Positions 8,611-17,307 are shown, numbered from the stretch's first letter. The stretch: DNA of 20,000 nt from Elsinoe ampelina (GCA_010093995.1 ML992526.1:61257-81256), one strand, 5' to 3'. Notes: generated by a model not told the origin, from the sequence alone. Made by a program: numbers and translations.

Positions 8611-11310
8611 ATGAGGAAACTCTCCTGGCACTTCCTGCCATTCCTCCTCCTCCTGCTAACGTCATGGCTTTCCGCGGGTACAGCACAAGAGGTTTCCGGC
8701 GAGAACGAGAACACATACACGATCAATCGTCCTCATGACGATGACTACGCGCAGGCCGAGAAGCTCGCGCAGCAGGAGACTTTCCACGACACCAGCAATA
8801 ATGAAGGAGCAAGAGCTGTGGAATCAGCACTCTCTATACTATCCCGCATCCAATCTCCAAAGCCCAGTCTGGTCCGTCTACCAAAGAACGAGGGCTTCAT
8901 GGGATCTACGGTACACTATGCTAAGGAGATCTTCGTTCTGCTCTTCATGAATGGTCCCGCCGCTCCGGAACTCATCACACCTTCCTCAGCGAACACAAGT
9001 CCCAAGCTCTCCACCAGCCTGATGAGAGCGACTTCTCTCCTGGAGGATGCTGCGACCAAGCACCAGAACCATGATGCGATCTGGCTGCTCGCTGAGCTAA
9101 ATTTCCATGGCAACTATACACACCCGAGGAACTACACCGCAGCTTTCGAGCACTACCACACCCTGGCTGGACTGTCCGGTAACGCCTCAGCTCAGCATAT
9201 GCTAGGGTTCATGTATGCCACTGGCATTGGAGGAGTAGTGATACCGGACCAAGCAAGAGCACTGTTATACCACACATTCGCGGCGGAACAAGGGCACACA
9301 AAGTCGCAGATGACCGTGGCGTTCCGACATCACGCAGGCATTGGCACACCAAGGGACTGTGAGACCGCGGTCAAGTACTACCGGCAAGTCGCCACCAAGG
9401 CTAATCGCTTCTACAAATCTGGTCCTCCTGGAGGTCACGTGTTGGTAAAAAATGCGTACAGGCTGGCAGACGAGGAAGGGGGAGTGTATGGTGAAGGCGC
9501 ATCCGTGTCTTCTGCGGGGCCAAACGCGAAGCAGGGTGGACCTACTAGTGATGCCTACGCTGACATCGCGGACGTTCTGGAGTACCTGGACTTTCAGGCG
9601 AGGAAAGGGGATCTCCGGGCGAGCTTTAATCTGGCGAAACTGTACTACGATGGGTCACGGGGTCTGGAACCGGACATGCGGCGAGCGAAAGAGGAGTTTA
9701 TGCGGATAGCGAGGATGTACTGGTTGTCGGGCGGTAAGACTGCGTCTGATGCGGCGCCTATCGTGGAGAAGCTAGCTCCTCGTGCTGCTGGGTATCTTGG
9801 GAGGATGTTCCTTCGAGGCGAAGGGACAAAGCAGAGCTACGAGATTGCGCAGATCTGGTTGAAGCGCGGGATTGAGTACGGTGATGCTTTGAGTCAGTAC
9901 AGCATGGGTGTCATGTACATGCACGGTCTTGGTGTGCCCAAGGACGCGATCAGGGCAGCCTCCTATCTTGGATCAGCCGCTGATGACGATATGGCTGTCG
10001 CTCAGACTGACCTGGGTGTTCTTTTCCTCGACCAAGGGGAGGTTGCAACTGCCCGTAGCTACTTCGAGCTCGCCATTCGCTCAGGCCACATCGAAGCATA
10101 TTACTACCTCGCAGAGATGGCCCACCTCGGTCTCGGCCGCGAACGATCCTGCAACGTCGCCGCCGCATTCTACAAGATCGCCGCCGAGAAAGCCGAAGTC
10201 ATCTCCGCCTCCTTTATCGAAGCTAATGAAGCGCACGAAGCCAACGATCTCCCCCGCGCCCTGGTCGCCTACATGATGGCCGCCGAGCAAGGTTGGGAAA
10301 ATGCCCAAGCTAACGTGGCCTGGCTCCTCGACCGTACCACCTCCACCTGGTCTCTCCCCTCCCTCCTCCACAACATCGTTCCCCGCATAGGCATGGGCTC
10401 ACCCACTTCCGCTCCCCCCTCCCAGCCCTCCACACCCGCCATCTCCTCCGACTCCTCCCTCGCCCTCCTCTACTACACCCGCTCCGCCCGCCAACAAAAC
10501 CTCGACTCCCTCCTCAAAGCAGGCGACCACCATTTCTTCGGCCTCGGCACCTCGCCATCCCCCGAAAACGCCGCCGCCTGCTACACCTCAGCAGCCGAGT
10601 CCATGCGATCCGCCCAAGCCATGTGGAACCTCGGCTGGATGCACGAACGCGGCCTCGGCGTGGAGAAGGACTACCACCTGGCGAAACGCTACTACGACCT
10701 GGCACTCGAAACCAACGGCGAAGCCTACCTCCCCGTCAAACTCTCCCTCGCGGTACTCCGGGTACGCAGTTGGTGGAACTCGATCCGCGGCGGCGCGGTG
10801 CGCGGCATCCAAGACGAAGAAACCCCGCGTCGCCGGAGGGGCTTCTGGGAATGGGTTGGGGAGTTCCTGGATAATGACCGTAAGATGTGGGATGAGAATG
10901 GCGGCGCGGGGGAGAGGGATGATTGGGATATTGATTTTGATGGGTTGGAGACGGGGATGATGGGGAGAGGGGAGCAGGGGAGGCAGGACGCGAGGGAGCG
11001 CGGGAGGAGGGAGGAGGAGGGGAATGGGATCGGGGCCGAGTACTTCGTTGAGCCTGGGGAGGAGCAGATTTTTGAGGGGGTGGGGATATTGGTGTTGGCG
11101 GCGCTGTTGGCGGGGTTGATTTGGTGGAGGCAGAGGAGGGTGCAGAGGGGTCAGGGGCAGGAGGGGGTGGTGGGGCCGGATGGGGGAAATCTGCAGCAGG
11201 GACAGGTGCAGGGGCAGGATGGGCAGGAGGGCCAGGATAGGAGGGTGTTTCCCGCGCCGGATGATCCGGATTTTGCGCCGTGGAATGCCCCGGGTGGAGT
11301 GGGTCACTAG
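8611..11310 (+). CDS. HRD3: Hrd3/Sel1L-type ERAD ubiquitin-ligase complex subunit (SEL1-like repeat protein), 899 aa, intronless
   Basis: N-terminal signal peptide, multiple SEL1 repeats (e.g. 'ASAQHMLGFMYATGIGG', 'AQAMWNLGWMHERGLGVEKDYHLAKRYYDLA'), 'YMMAAEQGWENAQANVAWLLD', NYT/NAS sequons, and a single C-terminal TM helix (GVGILVLAALLAGLIWW) followed by basic residues. Confidence 0.93.
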   Translation: MRKLSWHFLPFLLLLLTSWLSAGTAQEVSGENENTYTINRPHDDDYAQAEKLAQQETFHDTSNNEGARAVESALSILSRIQSPKPSLVRLPKNEGFMGSTVHYAKEIFVLLFMNGPAAPELITPSSANTSPKLSTSLMRATSLLEDAATKHQNHDAIWLLAELNFHGNYTHPRNYTAAFEHYHTLAGLSGNASAQHMLGFMYATGIGGVVIPDQARALLYHTFAAEQGHTKSQMTVAFRHHAGIGTPRDCETAVKYYRQVATKANRFYKSGPPGGHVLVKNAYRLADEEGGVYGEGASVSSAGPNAKQGGPTSDAYADIADVLEYLDFQARKGDLRASFNLAKLYYDGSRGLEPDMRRAKEEFMRIARMYWLSGGKTASDAAPIVEKLAPRAAGYLGRMFLRGEGTKQSYEIAQIWLKRGIEYGDALSQYSMGVMYMHGLGVPKDAIRAASYLGSAADDDMAVAQTDLGVLFLDQGEVATARSYFELAIRSGHIEAYYYLAEMAHLGLGRERSCNVAAAFYKIAAEKAEVISASFIEANEAHEANDLPRALVAYMMAAEQGWENAQANVAWLLDRTTSTWSLPSLLHNIVPRIGMGSPTSAPPSQPSTPAISSDSSLALLYYTRSARQQNLDSLLKAGDHHFFGLGTSPSPENAAACYTSAAESMRSAQAMWNLGWMHERGLGVEKDYHLAKRYYDLALETNGEAYLPVKLSLAVLRVRSWWNSIRGGAVRGIQDEETPRRRRGFWEWVGEFLDNDRKMWDENGGAGERDDWDIDFDGLETGMMGRGEQGRQDARERGRREEEGNGIGAEYFVEPGEEQIFEGVGILVLAALLAGLIWWRQRRVQRGQGQEGVVGPDGGNLQQGQVQGQDGQEGQDRRVFPAPDDPDFAPWNAPGGVGH

Positions 11311-11570
11311 AGAGAGGAGGTGGGGAGGGGAAGTGTATTGATACTGTCGTTGGGATGAGTAGATTCTTTCGTGGAAGTGTGTAATGAAACTCTCGTGAAC
11401 CCGCTTGTACGGAGTATCATGGATGTGTCAATGCTGACGTGAACGTGTAGTTGATTGAAGACATGAATGTATATCATTGAAGCTGTGAATGAAGCCAGCG
11501 TCTGGGGTATCTTGTATCTGCCGTGAACGACTGGAAAAGTCTTCCAATTGTAATTAATGGGTATCATAGT

Positions 11571-12008
11571 CTATGGAGCGGAATTGCAACGCCGGTACAT
11601 GCTTGCGCCGCCGAGATGCGTATAATGATGTCCTCGTAGCGATGTGCTGGGTACCCATCCGTGGACATGGATTGCGCCAGTGAGATGCGTGAAATGATGT
11701 CCTTGTATCCGAAACGCCTCGTGGCTGCTCTTGGATGCGCCTGCTCTCTTGCCACCTTCGACATCCGACCTTATCCAAATCCTGATCCTTGACAGACACC
11801 ATGCGCCGTCCTGATCCACGTCCCGATTCCTCATTCCCGTTCCCTCGGACCTCAACGCCCCACTGTCCCCCGTCCTTCTTTGTGACTTCCAACTACTCTT
11901 TCCCCCTTTTCCTGACCTCCCAGACCTTCCCGACCTGCCCAACACCCTCTCTCCCCTCTCGACCCATCCACCCCATCCCCTCCCAGACCCACCCCCTCTC
12001 AGACCCAC
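11571..12008 (-). CDS. Possible coding segment (Gly/Arg-rich, duplicated GHH[FY]THLxGA motif); may be a 3' part of the upstream low-complexity gene
   Basis: Open frame of 145 codons with a GTG start. The repeat differences respect codon boundaries in this frame. No clear splice link to 12045..13172. Confidence 0.25.
   Translation of the reverse strand: MGLRGGGSGRGWGGWVERGERVLGRSGRSGRSGKGGKSSWKSQRRTGDSGALRSEGTGMRNRDVDQDGAWCLSRIRIWIRSDVEGGKRAGASKSSHEAFRIQGHHFTHLTGAIHVHGWVPSTSLRGHHYTHLGGASMYRRCNSAP
11603..11707. repeat. Imperfect direct repeat, two ~36-nt copies at 69-nt spacing
   Basis: TTGCGCCGCCGAGATGCGTATAATGATGTCCTCGTA (11603..11638) versus TTGCGCCAGTGAGATGCGTGAAATGATGTCCTTGTA (11672..11707), 30/36 identical. 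Confidence 0.85.
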
Positions 12009-12044
12009 CCCTTCCCCTTGATCATCACCGTATCACCTCCGTGA

Positions 12045-13172
12045 TCACTCAAAATCATAACCCCCAAACAACCCCCACACCACTCTCAGCATCGGCCCAC
12101 ACAGCTCGCCTGCCTCATCCCCTTCGTCGAACCCAAAGATGCGCCGTCGCTTGGCTGCTCTCGCTTCGCTTTGGTCGCCGGAGAGTTTGCGTTGTTGGCG
12201 CTTACTTAGCACCGGTACTTGGGAGGCGGGGACTTGGGAGGGGAGAAGTTGGGAGGCGGTGTTTTGGATGGAGGGTGTTTGGGAGGAGGAGGATGGAGGC
12301 GGGGAGGAGGTTGTAGGTCGAGAGGATGTGGGAGGTGGAGAAGAGGTGGTAGGTGGAGACGGACAGGGGGTCGGAGGGGGTTGGACTTGGCGGAGGGGGG
12401 AGGGGAGGAAGGGAGGGGGAAGGGGTGGTTGGTAGGAGATGATGCGGGGACGGAGGGGAGGAGAGTTGATGGGAGTTGAAGGAGGGCGCTCGGAGGAGGA
12501 TGAGGTGAGGGAGTGAGGGCGTGATGTTGGTTGCGAAGAGGCTAGAGGTCGGTGTCGTGCGCTAGCTGGCGTGGGAAGTGGAGGGAATTGTGTGAGTGCC
12601 AACGGGCAATCGATGAATGAGTGGTGGGTGGGTGTTGGCTCATTCAAGGGCCGAGGTCGTGAGCCGGAGGACCCACTCATGGGTGGAGCATGTGAGTGTG
12701 TAGATGATGCTGAGGTATGCTCTGGAGCTGAATGCTCGAAGTCATCGCGTGGTTGCCACATCGAAGCACTTGGACAAAGGTCTTGGTGCTGCTTCGGGGG
12801 AAATTGCGGCAGGTCTGGAGATGGTGTTGGTAGACGTTCGAGAGAAGAAGAGCGAGAGGAGTGAGAGCTGCAGTCGGAGAGGTCCGGTACAGATTCTGGC
12901 CATGACTGGCTCGAGAGGCTGGCCACCCTGGTATCCAAGGAGGACTCGGGGCTAATGATCGTGCGGTCTCTAATGGAGGGATGAAGAAGGGTATCGGGCA
13001 TGGCCGCCAAATGATTAGAATGTTGCTTCTTGATATCATCTGGATAGATATGCGTGGGTACATGGGCTGAGTAGTGCCTGGGGTACGAGAAGGTGGAAAT
13101 GTTCGAATAAAGTGCCGGTCGTCGGGTTCGAGGTCTACTCCGTGTGCGCTTCTGATTGTGAGGCTGACCCAT
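12045..13172 (-). CDS. Hypothetical Pro/Ser-rich, probably disordered protein (start may be the internal Met of 'MPDTLLH')
   Basis: 375-aa ATG-started ORF with 'VPDLSDCSS' and 'LPSPLRQ' short motifs typical of fungal disordered proteins and a basic 'KRRR' patch. No recognisable domain. Confidence 0.5.
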   Translation of the reverse strand: MGQPHNQKRTRSRPRTRRPALYSNISTFSYPRHYSAHVPTHIYPDDIKKQHSNHLAAMPDTLLHPSIRDRTIISPESSLDTRVASLSSQSWPESVPDLSDCSSHSSRSSSLERLPTPSPDLPQFPPKQHQDLCPSASMWQPRDDFEHSAPEHTSASSTHSHAPPMSGSSGSRPRPLNEPTPTHHSFIDCPLALTQFPPLPTPASARHRPLASSQPTSRPHSLTSSSSERPPSTPINSPPLRPRIISYQPPLPPPFLPSPLRQVQPPPTPCPSPPTTSSPPPTSSRPTTSSPPPSSSSQTPSIQNTASQLLPSQVPASQVPVLSKRQQRKLSGDQSEARAAKRRRIFGFDEGDEAGELCGPMLRVVWGLFGGYDFE

Positions 13173-13618
13173 AGTAAAGATAGAAGAACTCCAATATTTA
13201 TGCTGTGCGATATGGCAGAAGAAAAAATGGATATGCTTCTCTCAAAGTTCAAGCAAAGTCATTATGCCAGATATAAGAAATGGACGACCGGAGCAGTACG
13301 CACAGTCACTTACCTGCCAACACGAAAGTGTAGTCATACCGTCACCGCTGACAAGGCGGCAACTGGGGTTTGGGCTCTGCTCGCGAAATATCCGGCCCTT
13401 TGTTGCGTGATGATTCCATGAAGCTGGGCCGTGTCAATGACTCATATCGGAGTTGGGCACGTGATGTAAAATCCTTGCCACTCCGATTTCAGGCGGCGGA
13501 CGGGTCCGATCCTGCGACGGGGAGCAGCGACAAAGTGAACTCATAATGCTGCTTCATCAGAGGAAACGGCAGGGATGCGCATGTCGGTAATTCATGGTAG
13601 ATCACAAGCTGCGTAAAA

Positions 13619-13927
13619 ATGGGCGAAAATGATTGTCATGAGAAGAAGGGCAAATGTATGGGTCCCAGAATGGACAAAACGCGGCGGGATTTTGATTTTG
13701 AAGCCACCCAGGCTCCGACGCCGCATTCTTGCATGACAAGCTTTTTGCGAGGTGCTTCTGATTGCGCCAACACACTGTGTATGAAGTATGGTCATGGGAT
13801 CGGCCTCTGCTCGTCTACCTGCGCCAGCTGCCTGGTACCAGCTATCCCAAGTCCTCTTGAATGGGTCACAACAGAGACTCCAAACGCCTCAAAAGACATG
13901 TCTGCTGCCTTGCGGACCTCTAAATGA
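13619..13927 (+). CDS. Possible small Cys-rich protein (C-x4-C-x4-H-x4-C-x3-C-x2-C cluster)
   Basis: 102-aa ATG ORF in AAAAATGG context containing 'CANTLCMKYGHGIGLCSSTCASC'. No other support. Confidence 0.25.
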   Translation: MGENDCHEKKGKCMGPRMDKTRRDFDFEATQAPTPHSCMTSFLRGASDCANTLCMKYGHGIGLCSSTCASCLVPAIPSPLEWVTTETPNASKDMSAALRTSK

Positions 13928-13999
13928 CAATACAACGCCGCCCGAAGAATGAATACTATCATAAATGGAGCTGGCCACTCGCTCGTGGCCAAATGACAG

Positions 14000-14221
14000 T
14001 TATCGCTGTTGAACATCTTTCCTACCATTTGTCGACAAGAGACGGGCTCGTGTACAGCCACCGCAGAGTCCAGGGCTGGTGATTTGTCGTTCGAGTCGGG
14101 CTATGCTCGAACATAGCTTTGAGGCTTTCTGGGCTGTCCTACATGGCATCGTTGCACCCCATGTGGTATTTGTGTGGCCGCAGGTCTCGAAGATGGTGAT
14201 TGTGACTTGAATCCAGCACAT
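14000..14221 (-). CDS. Small Cys-rich 'MC...CGH...C...C...CxxC' protein, putative zinc-binding
   Basis: 73 aa: MC-x11-CGH-x10-C-x9-C-x15-CGGC, in a good ATCATCATG start context. This layout recurs among small unannotated ascomycete proteins. Confidence 0.55.
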   Translation of the reverse strand: MCWIQVTITIFETCGHTNTTWGATMPCRTAQKASKLCSSIARLERQITSPGLCGGCTRARLLSTNGRKDVQQR

Positions 14222-14971
14222 GATGATCTTGTTGAGGGATATGAATGTTGTGAGTTTGATCTTGTCAATGGATGGATGCCCGAGTGTTGGCTTTGAGATC
14301 GAGCAGATATCATGGGGAGTCCTAGATTTTTATAGCACACTTTGTGTCCTTCTCACAGAGGAGCTTCATACTGCCTTACTCCAGTGTCAAGCAGCAACGT
14401 GGTGTTGTACCCATCAACCCCGCCCTGTGTTACATGAGGCACCTATCAAACGCTAGACGTATGCATGTCGGTGCTTAACTTGTTGTTAGAACTGACGGTA
14501 CACGTGATTTGTACAGCATGTGCTTGATAGAAAAGATGTAAAGGAAAAACATTGTTGATGCAGTGCATAGTCAATGCCAGATTTGCCTCATCATCGACCA
14601 CGACCAATGTAACTCCGTCGTCCTTTTAGATACCTAGAATGTGGATATAGGAGCAAATGAGATACCGTGAGGGCGTTTCGAAAACTTCCGTCTGGGCAGA
14701 GAAAAGATCAGGAGAGCCTGGTAAGATCTGGTGTTTGCTCACTCAGAGTAAGAGATGCCCTTGCGCTCTGGCGCTGATTCGGAAGCACGTTTCTCCGACG
14801 AAGCAGTCTTGGCAAGAAATCGCGGGCGCAGCCGTCCACCAGCGTTCCAACGCATCGCAAATTGTGCACTTGAATCTCGAACACCATCAATCGCAGCAGA
14901 GTCCGATTGAACATTTCTCAGTAGGTCTCATCAAGCTCGAAACAATTAATCTGTACTAATCAGTCACAGCA

Positions 14972-15811
14972 ATGGGTAAGCACATCGAATTTCCCTCTCT
15001 CACATACGATACTCGCCCACTGCTCGACTTGCGACCTGCCAGCAACCACGATCAGACGGTCTCGTTTGGATGCCAAAGTTGAGCGAGGTTGCGAGCAGAG
15101 GGACGCAAGCGAAAAAGCTGGTTACAGTCTTGATATCGCATGAAAGGACATGGCGTGAAAGAGCATGGCTAATATCATAAAAGGTCGCCTTCAAGAATAC
15201 CAGGTCATCGGCCGTCACTTGCCGACTGACTCCAACCCAACACCAAAGCTCTACCGCATGCGTGTATTTGCGCCCAACACTGTTGTGGCCAAGTCACGAT
15301 TCTGGTACTTCCTCGCCCGTTTGAGGAAGGTTAAGAAGGCCAACGGAGAGATTGTCACTCTCAATCAGGTACATGCCCCTGCGCACTGTTACTTGAAGGC
15401 CCCATTCTGACGGTTTCCGTCTTCTGCAGATTCATGAGAAGCGTCCTCAAAAGGTCAAGAACTTCGGTATCTGGATCCGTTACGACTCCCGCTCGGGCAC
15501 CCACAACATGTACAAGGAGTACCGTGAGATGTCCCGCTGCGACGCCGTCCAGGCCATGTACCAGGATATGGCAGCCCGTCACAGGTCTCGCTTCAGGTCC
15601 ATCCACGTCAGTCTCGTCCTTTGGGATGGCGGAACATGACTAACAACCACAGATCCTCAAGGTCGTCGAGGTCGAGAAGGCAGACGACATCCGCCGCCCA
15701 TACATCAAGCAGCTCCTCACCAAGGACCTCAAGTTCCCTCTCCCTCACCGCGTCCCCAAGGGTGCCACCAAGAAGGTGTTCGCCGCCAAGAGGCCTTCGA
15801 CCTTCTACTAG
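14972..15811 (+). CDS. RPL20: 60S ribosomal protein eL20 (L20/L18a); join(14972..14975,15184..15368,15430..15606,15653..15811), 174 aa
   Basis: The spliced product reads [16 protein letters not shown]...[22 protein letters not shown]...[24 protein letters not shown]...KFPLPHR...KRPSTFY. Introns of 208, 61 and 46 nt; strong codon bias. Confidence 0.97.
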
Positions 15812-15947
15812 GTGTTTGTTGTTTCTGGGTGATGGATGGGTGTGGACTGCATGCTGGGAAGAGCAAGGTAAGGAATGCTTCTTTAGCGACATACCATGAT
15901 CACTCGATCAGAATGAAAAGCATTCAAGACAACTTCGATTCGGTGTC

Positions 15948-17004
15948 TTACAATTTGGCCTTTTCTGGATTTTCCGCCTTGAGTCTGGGAAGCGTGTCCA
16001 CATAGTCCCACCACGGCCAGGCTTTAGGAGCGTCGTTCTCCATCGTTCCAGTGAACTTGACGGGTCTCTTCTCCAAGAACGACTGTACACCTTCTTTGTT
16101 ATCCTTACTCGTGAAGAGATCAAAGATGATCTTCGAATCCAACAAATGCGTCTGCTCTGCACTCGGCGGACCCCTGTACATCAAGTCCTTCATCACAGCA
16201 TTACTGACCACGCTCGTATTACTTGCAACTTCCTCTGCAATCTCCAATGCCCTCGGCAGGACCTGGTCCGCCTTGTCCAGCGTCTCACTGAACAGATTTT
16301 CCAGCAACTTATGCGACGCCGGGTACGTTGCCCCTGTCGTGACCAAATGCATCGCGCGTGAATGTCTACTCCCGTCAGCTCCTCCCCTACCCTCAAGTCC
16401 AGAACTTACTCACCCAATCAACCTCGGCAAAAAGAAACTACTACAAGCCTCCATAACCAACCCTCTCCTCGCAAACACAAACCCAATCTTCGCCTCCTTG
16501 TACGCAATCCGAATACTCATCGGCAACGTCATGGTAATCCCAATCCCCACAGCCGACCCATTCAACGCCCCAATCACCGGCTTCCTACACCTATGAATCG
16601 CCAACGCAACCCTCCCTCCGCTGTCCCGATCAGCCTTGTCACCACGAACCAAGCCTTGAATGTGGAGGTCAAGGAACTCACCCATCCCTATGATCCCTCC
16701 CCTCCTTCGCCTTCGGGCTGAACCCCTTGCCTAGATCCGCGCCGGCGCAGAACATCCTCCCTGCGCCGGTGACGACGACGCAGCGCACCCTGTCGTCGAG
16801 GTCGAAGAGGGTGAAGGCTTCTTCGAGTTCTTCTGCCATGGTGGGTTCGGTAAAGGCGTTGTATTTTTCTGGTCGGTTGAGGGTGAGGATCACGATCGGG
16901 GTGGGGACGGGGGAGGAGGTGGGGTGGTGGGTGATGGCGATTTGGGTGTAGGGGAGGGAGGGGTAGGAGGTGGGGAGGGGGAGGTAGCGTTGGGAGGGGG
17001 CCAT
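15948..17004 (-). CDS. Peroxisomal enoyl-CoA hydratase/isomerase (crotonase) family protein, Eci1/ECI2-like; complement(join(15948..16365,16414..16620,16682..17004)), 315 aa
   Basis: '[13 protein letters not shown]', '[16 protein letters not shown]', '[15 protein letters not shown]', '[21 protein letters not shown]', '[10 protein letters not shown]', and a C-terminal PTS1 tripeptide AKL. Two GTGAGT...AG introns (61 and 48 nt). Confidence 0.92.
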
Positions 17005-17080
17005 GGTTGGTAGTGAGCAGGATGGGTTTAGCTAGGGGAAGGGGGAGAAGGGTAGGATGTGTTTGGGTTGGTGTTGTATA

Positions 17081-17096
17081 GGGGCCGTCTCCTTCG
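17081..17096 (+). repeat. Left terminal inverted repeat of the Harbinger element
   Basis: GGGCCGTCTCCTTCG (17082..17096) matches the reverse complement of 19986..20000 (GGCCCGTATCCTTCG) at 13/15 positions; preceded by G17081 and TATA. Confidence 0.8.
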
Positions 17097-17307
17097 ATCT
17101 TGGTGTTTTGGTAGAGCTGGTCTTTTTTGGCGTAATTAGCGTAAATAGTGTAAAATTGGCGGCGGCCGAGGCCGAGATACAGGGCTAAGACACTTTCACA
17201 GCTTGGGAAGGCAGTAAGAAGTCGCACGAGTGTCGCGTTTAGTGTCGTAAGAGACGTAAGGTTATAGTACTCTATACTAACAAGTTAGCACACTAAATTA
17301 AGTAGTT

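Noticed and set aside
10588..11307. 239-aa antisense ORF inside HRD3
   Set aside because: Shadow frame: the extreme G/C skew removes stop codons on the opposite strand, and the product is Pro/Leu low complexity with no motif.
11603..11707. 36-nt repeats with a 33-nt spacer as a CRISPR-like array
   Set aside because: Only two degenerate copies, no cas genes, eukaryotic context; better explained as a 69-nt tandem duplication.
14961..14968. CAGTCACA, identical to the fission-yeast Homol D ribosomal-protein promoter box
   Set aside because: Only 3 nt before the ATG and overlapping a predicted intron acceptor; wrong position for a promoter element.
15165..15183. ATG at 15165 as the RPL20 start (MANIIKG...)
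   Set aside because: It lies in the intron branch/acceptor region (GCTAAT...AAG); ATGG|GTAAGC at 14972 gives the typical MGRL start.
1..17004. Genes forming a secondary-metabolite or otherwise novel functional cluster
   Set aside because: Functions are unrelated (spindle, melanin, RNA binding, ERAD, ribosome, beta-oxidation) and there is no backbone enzyme or cluster regulator.
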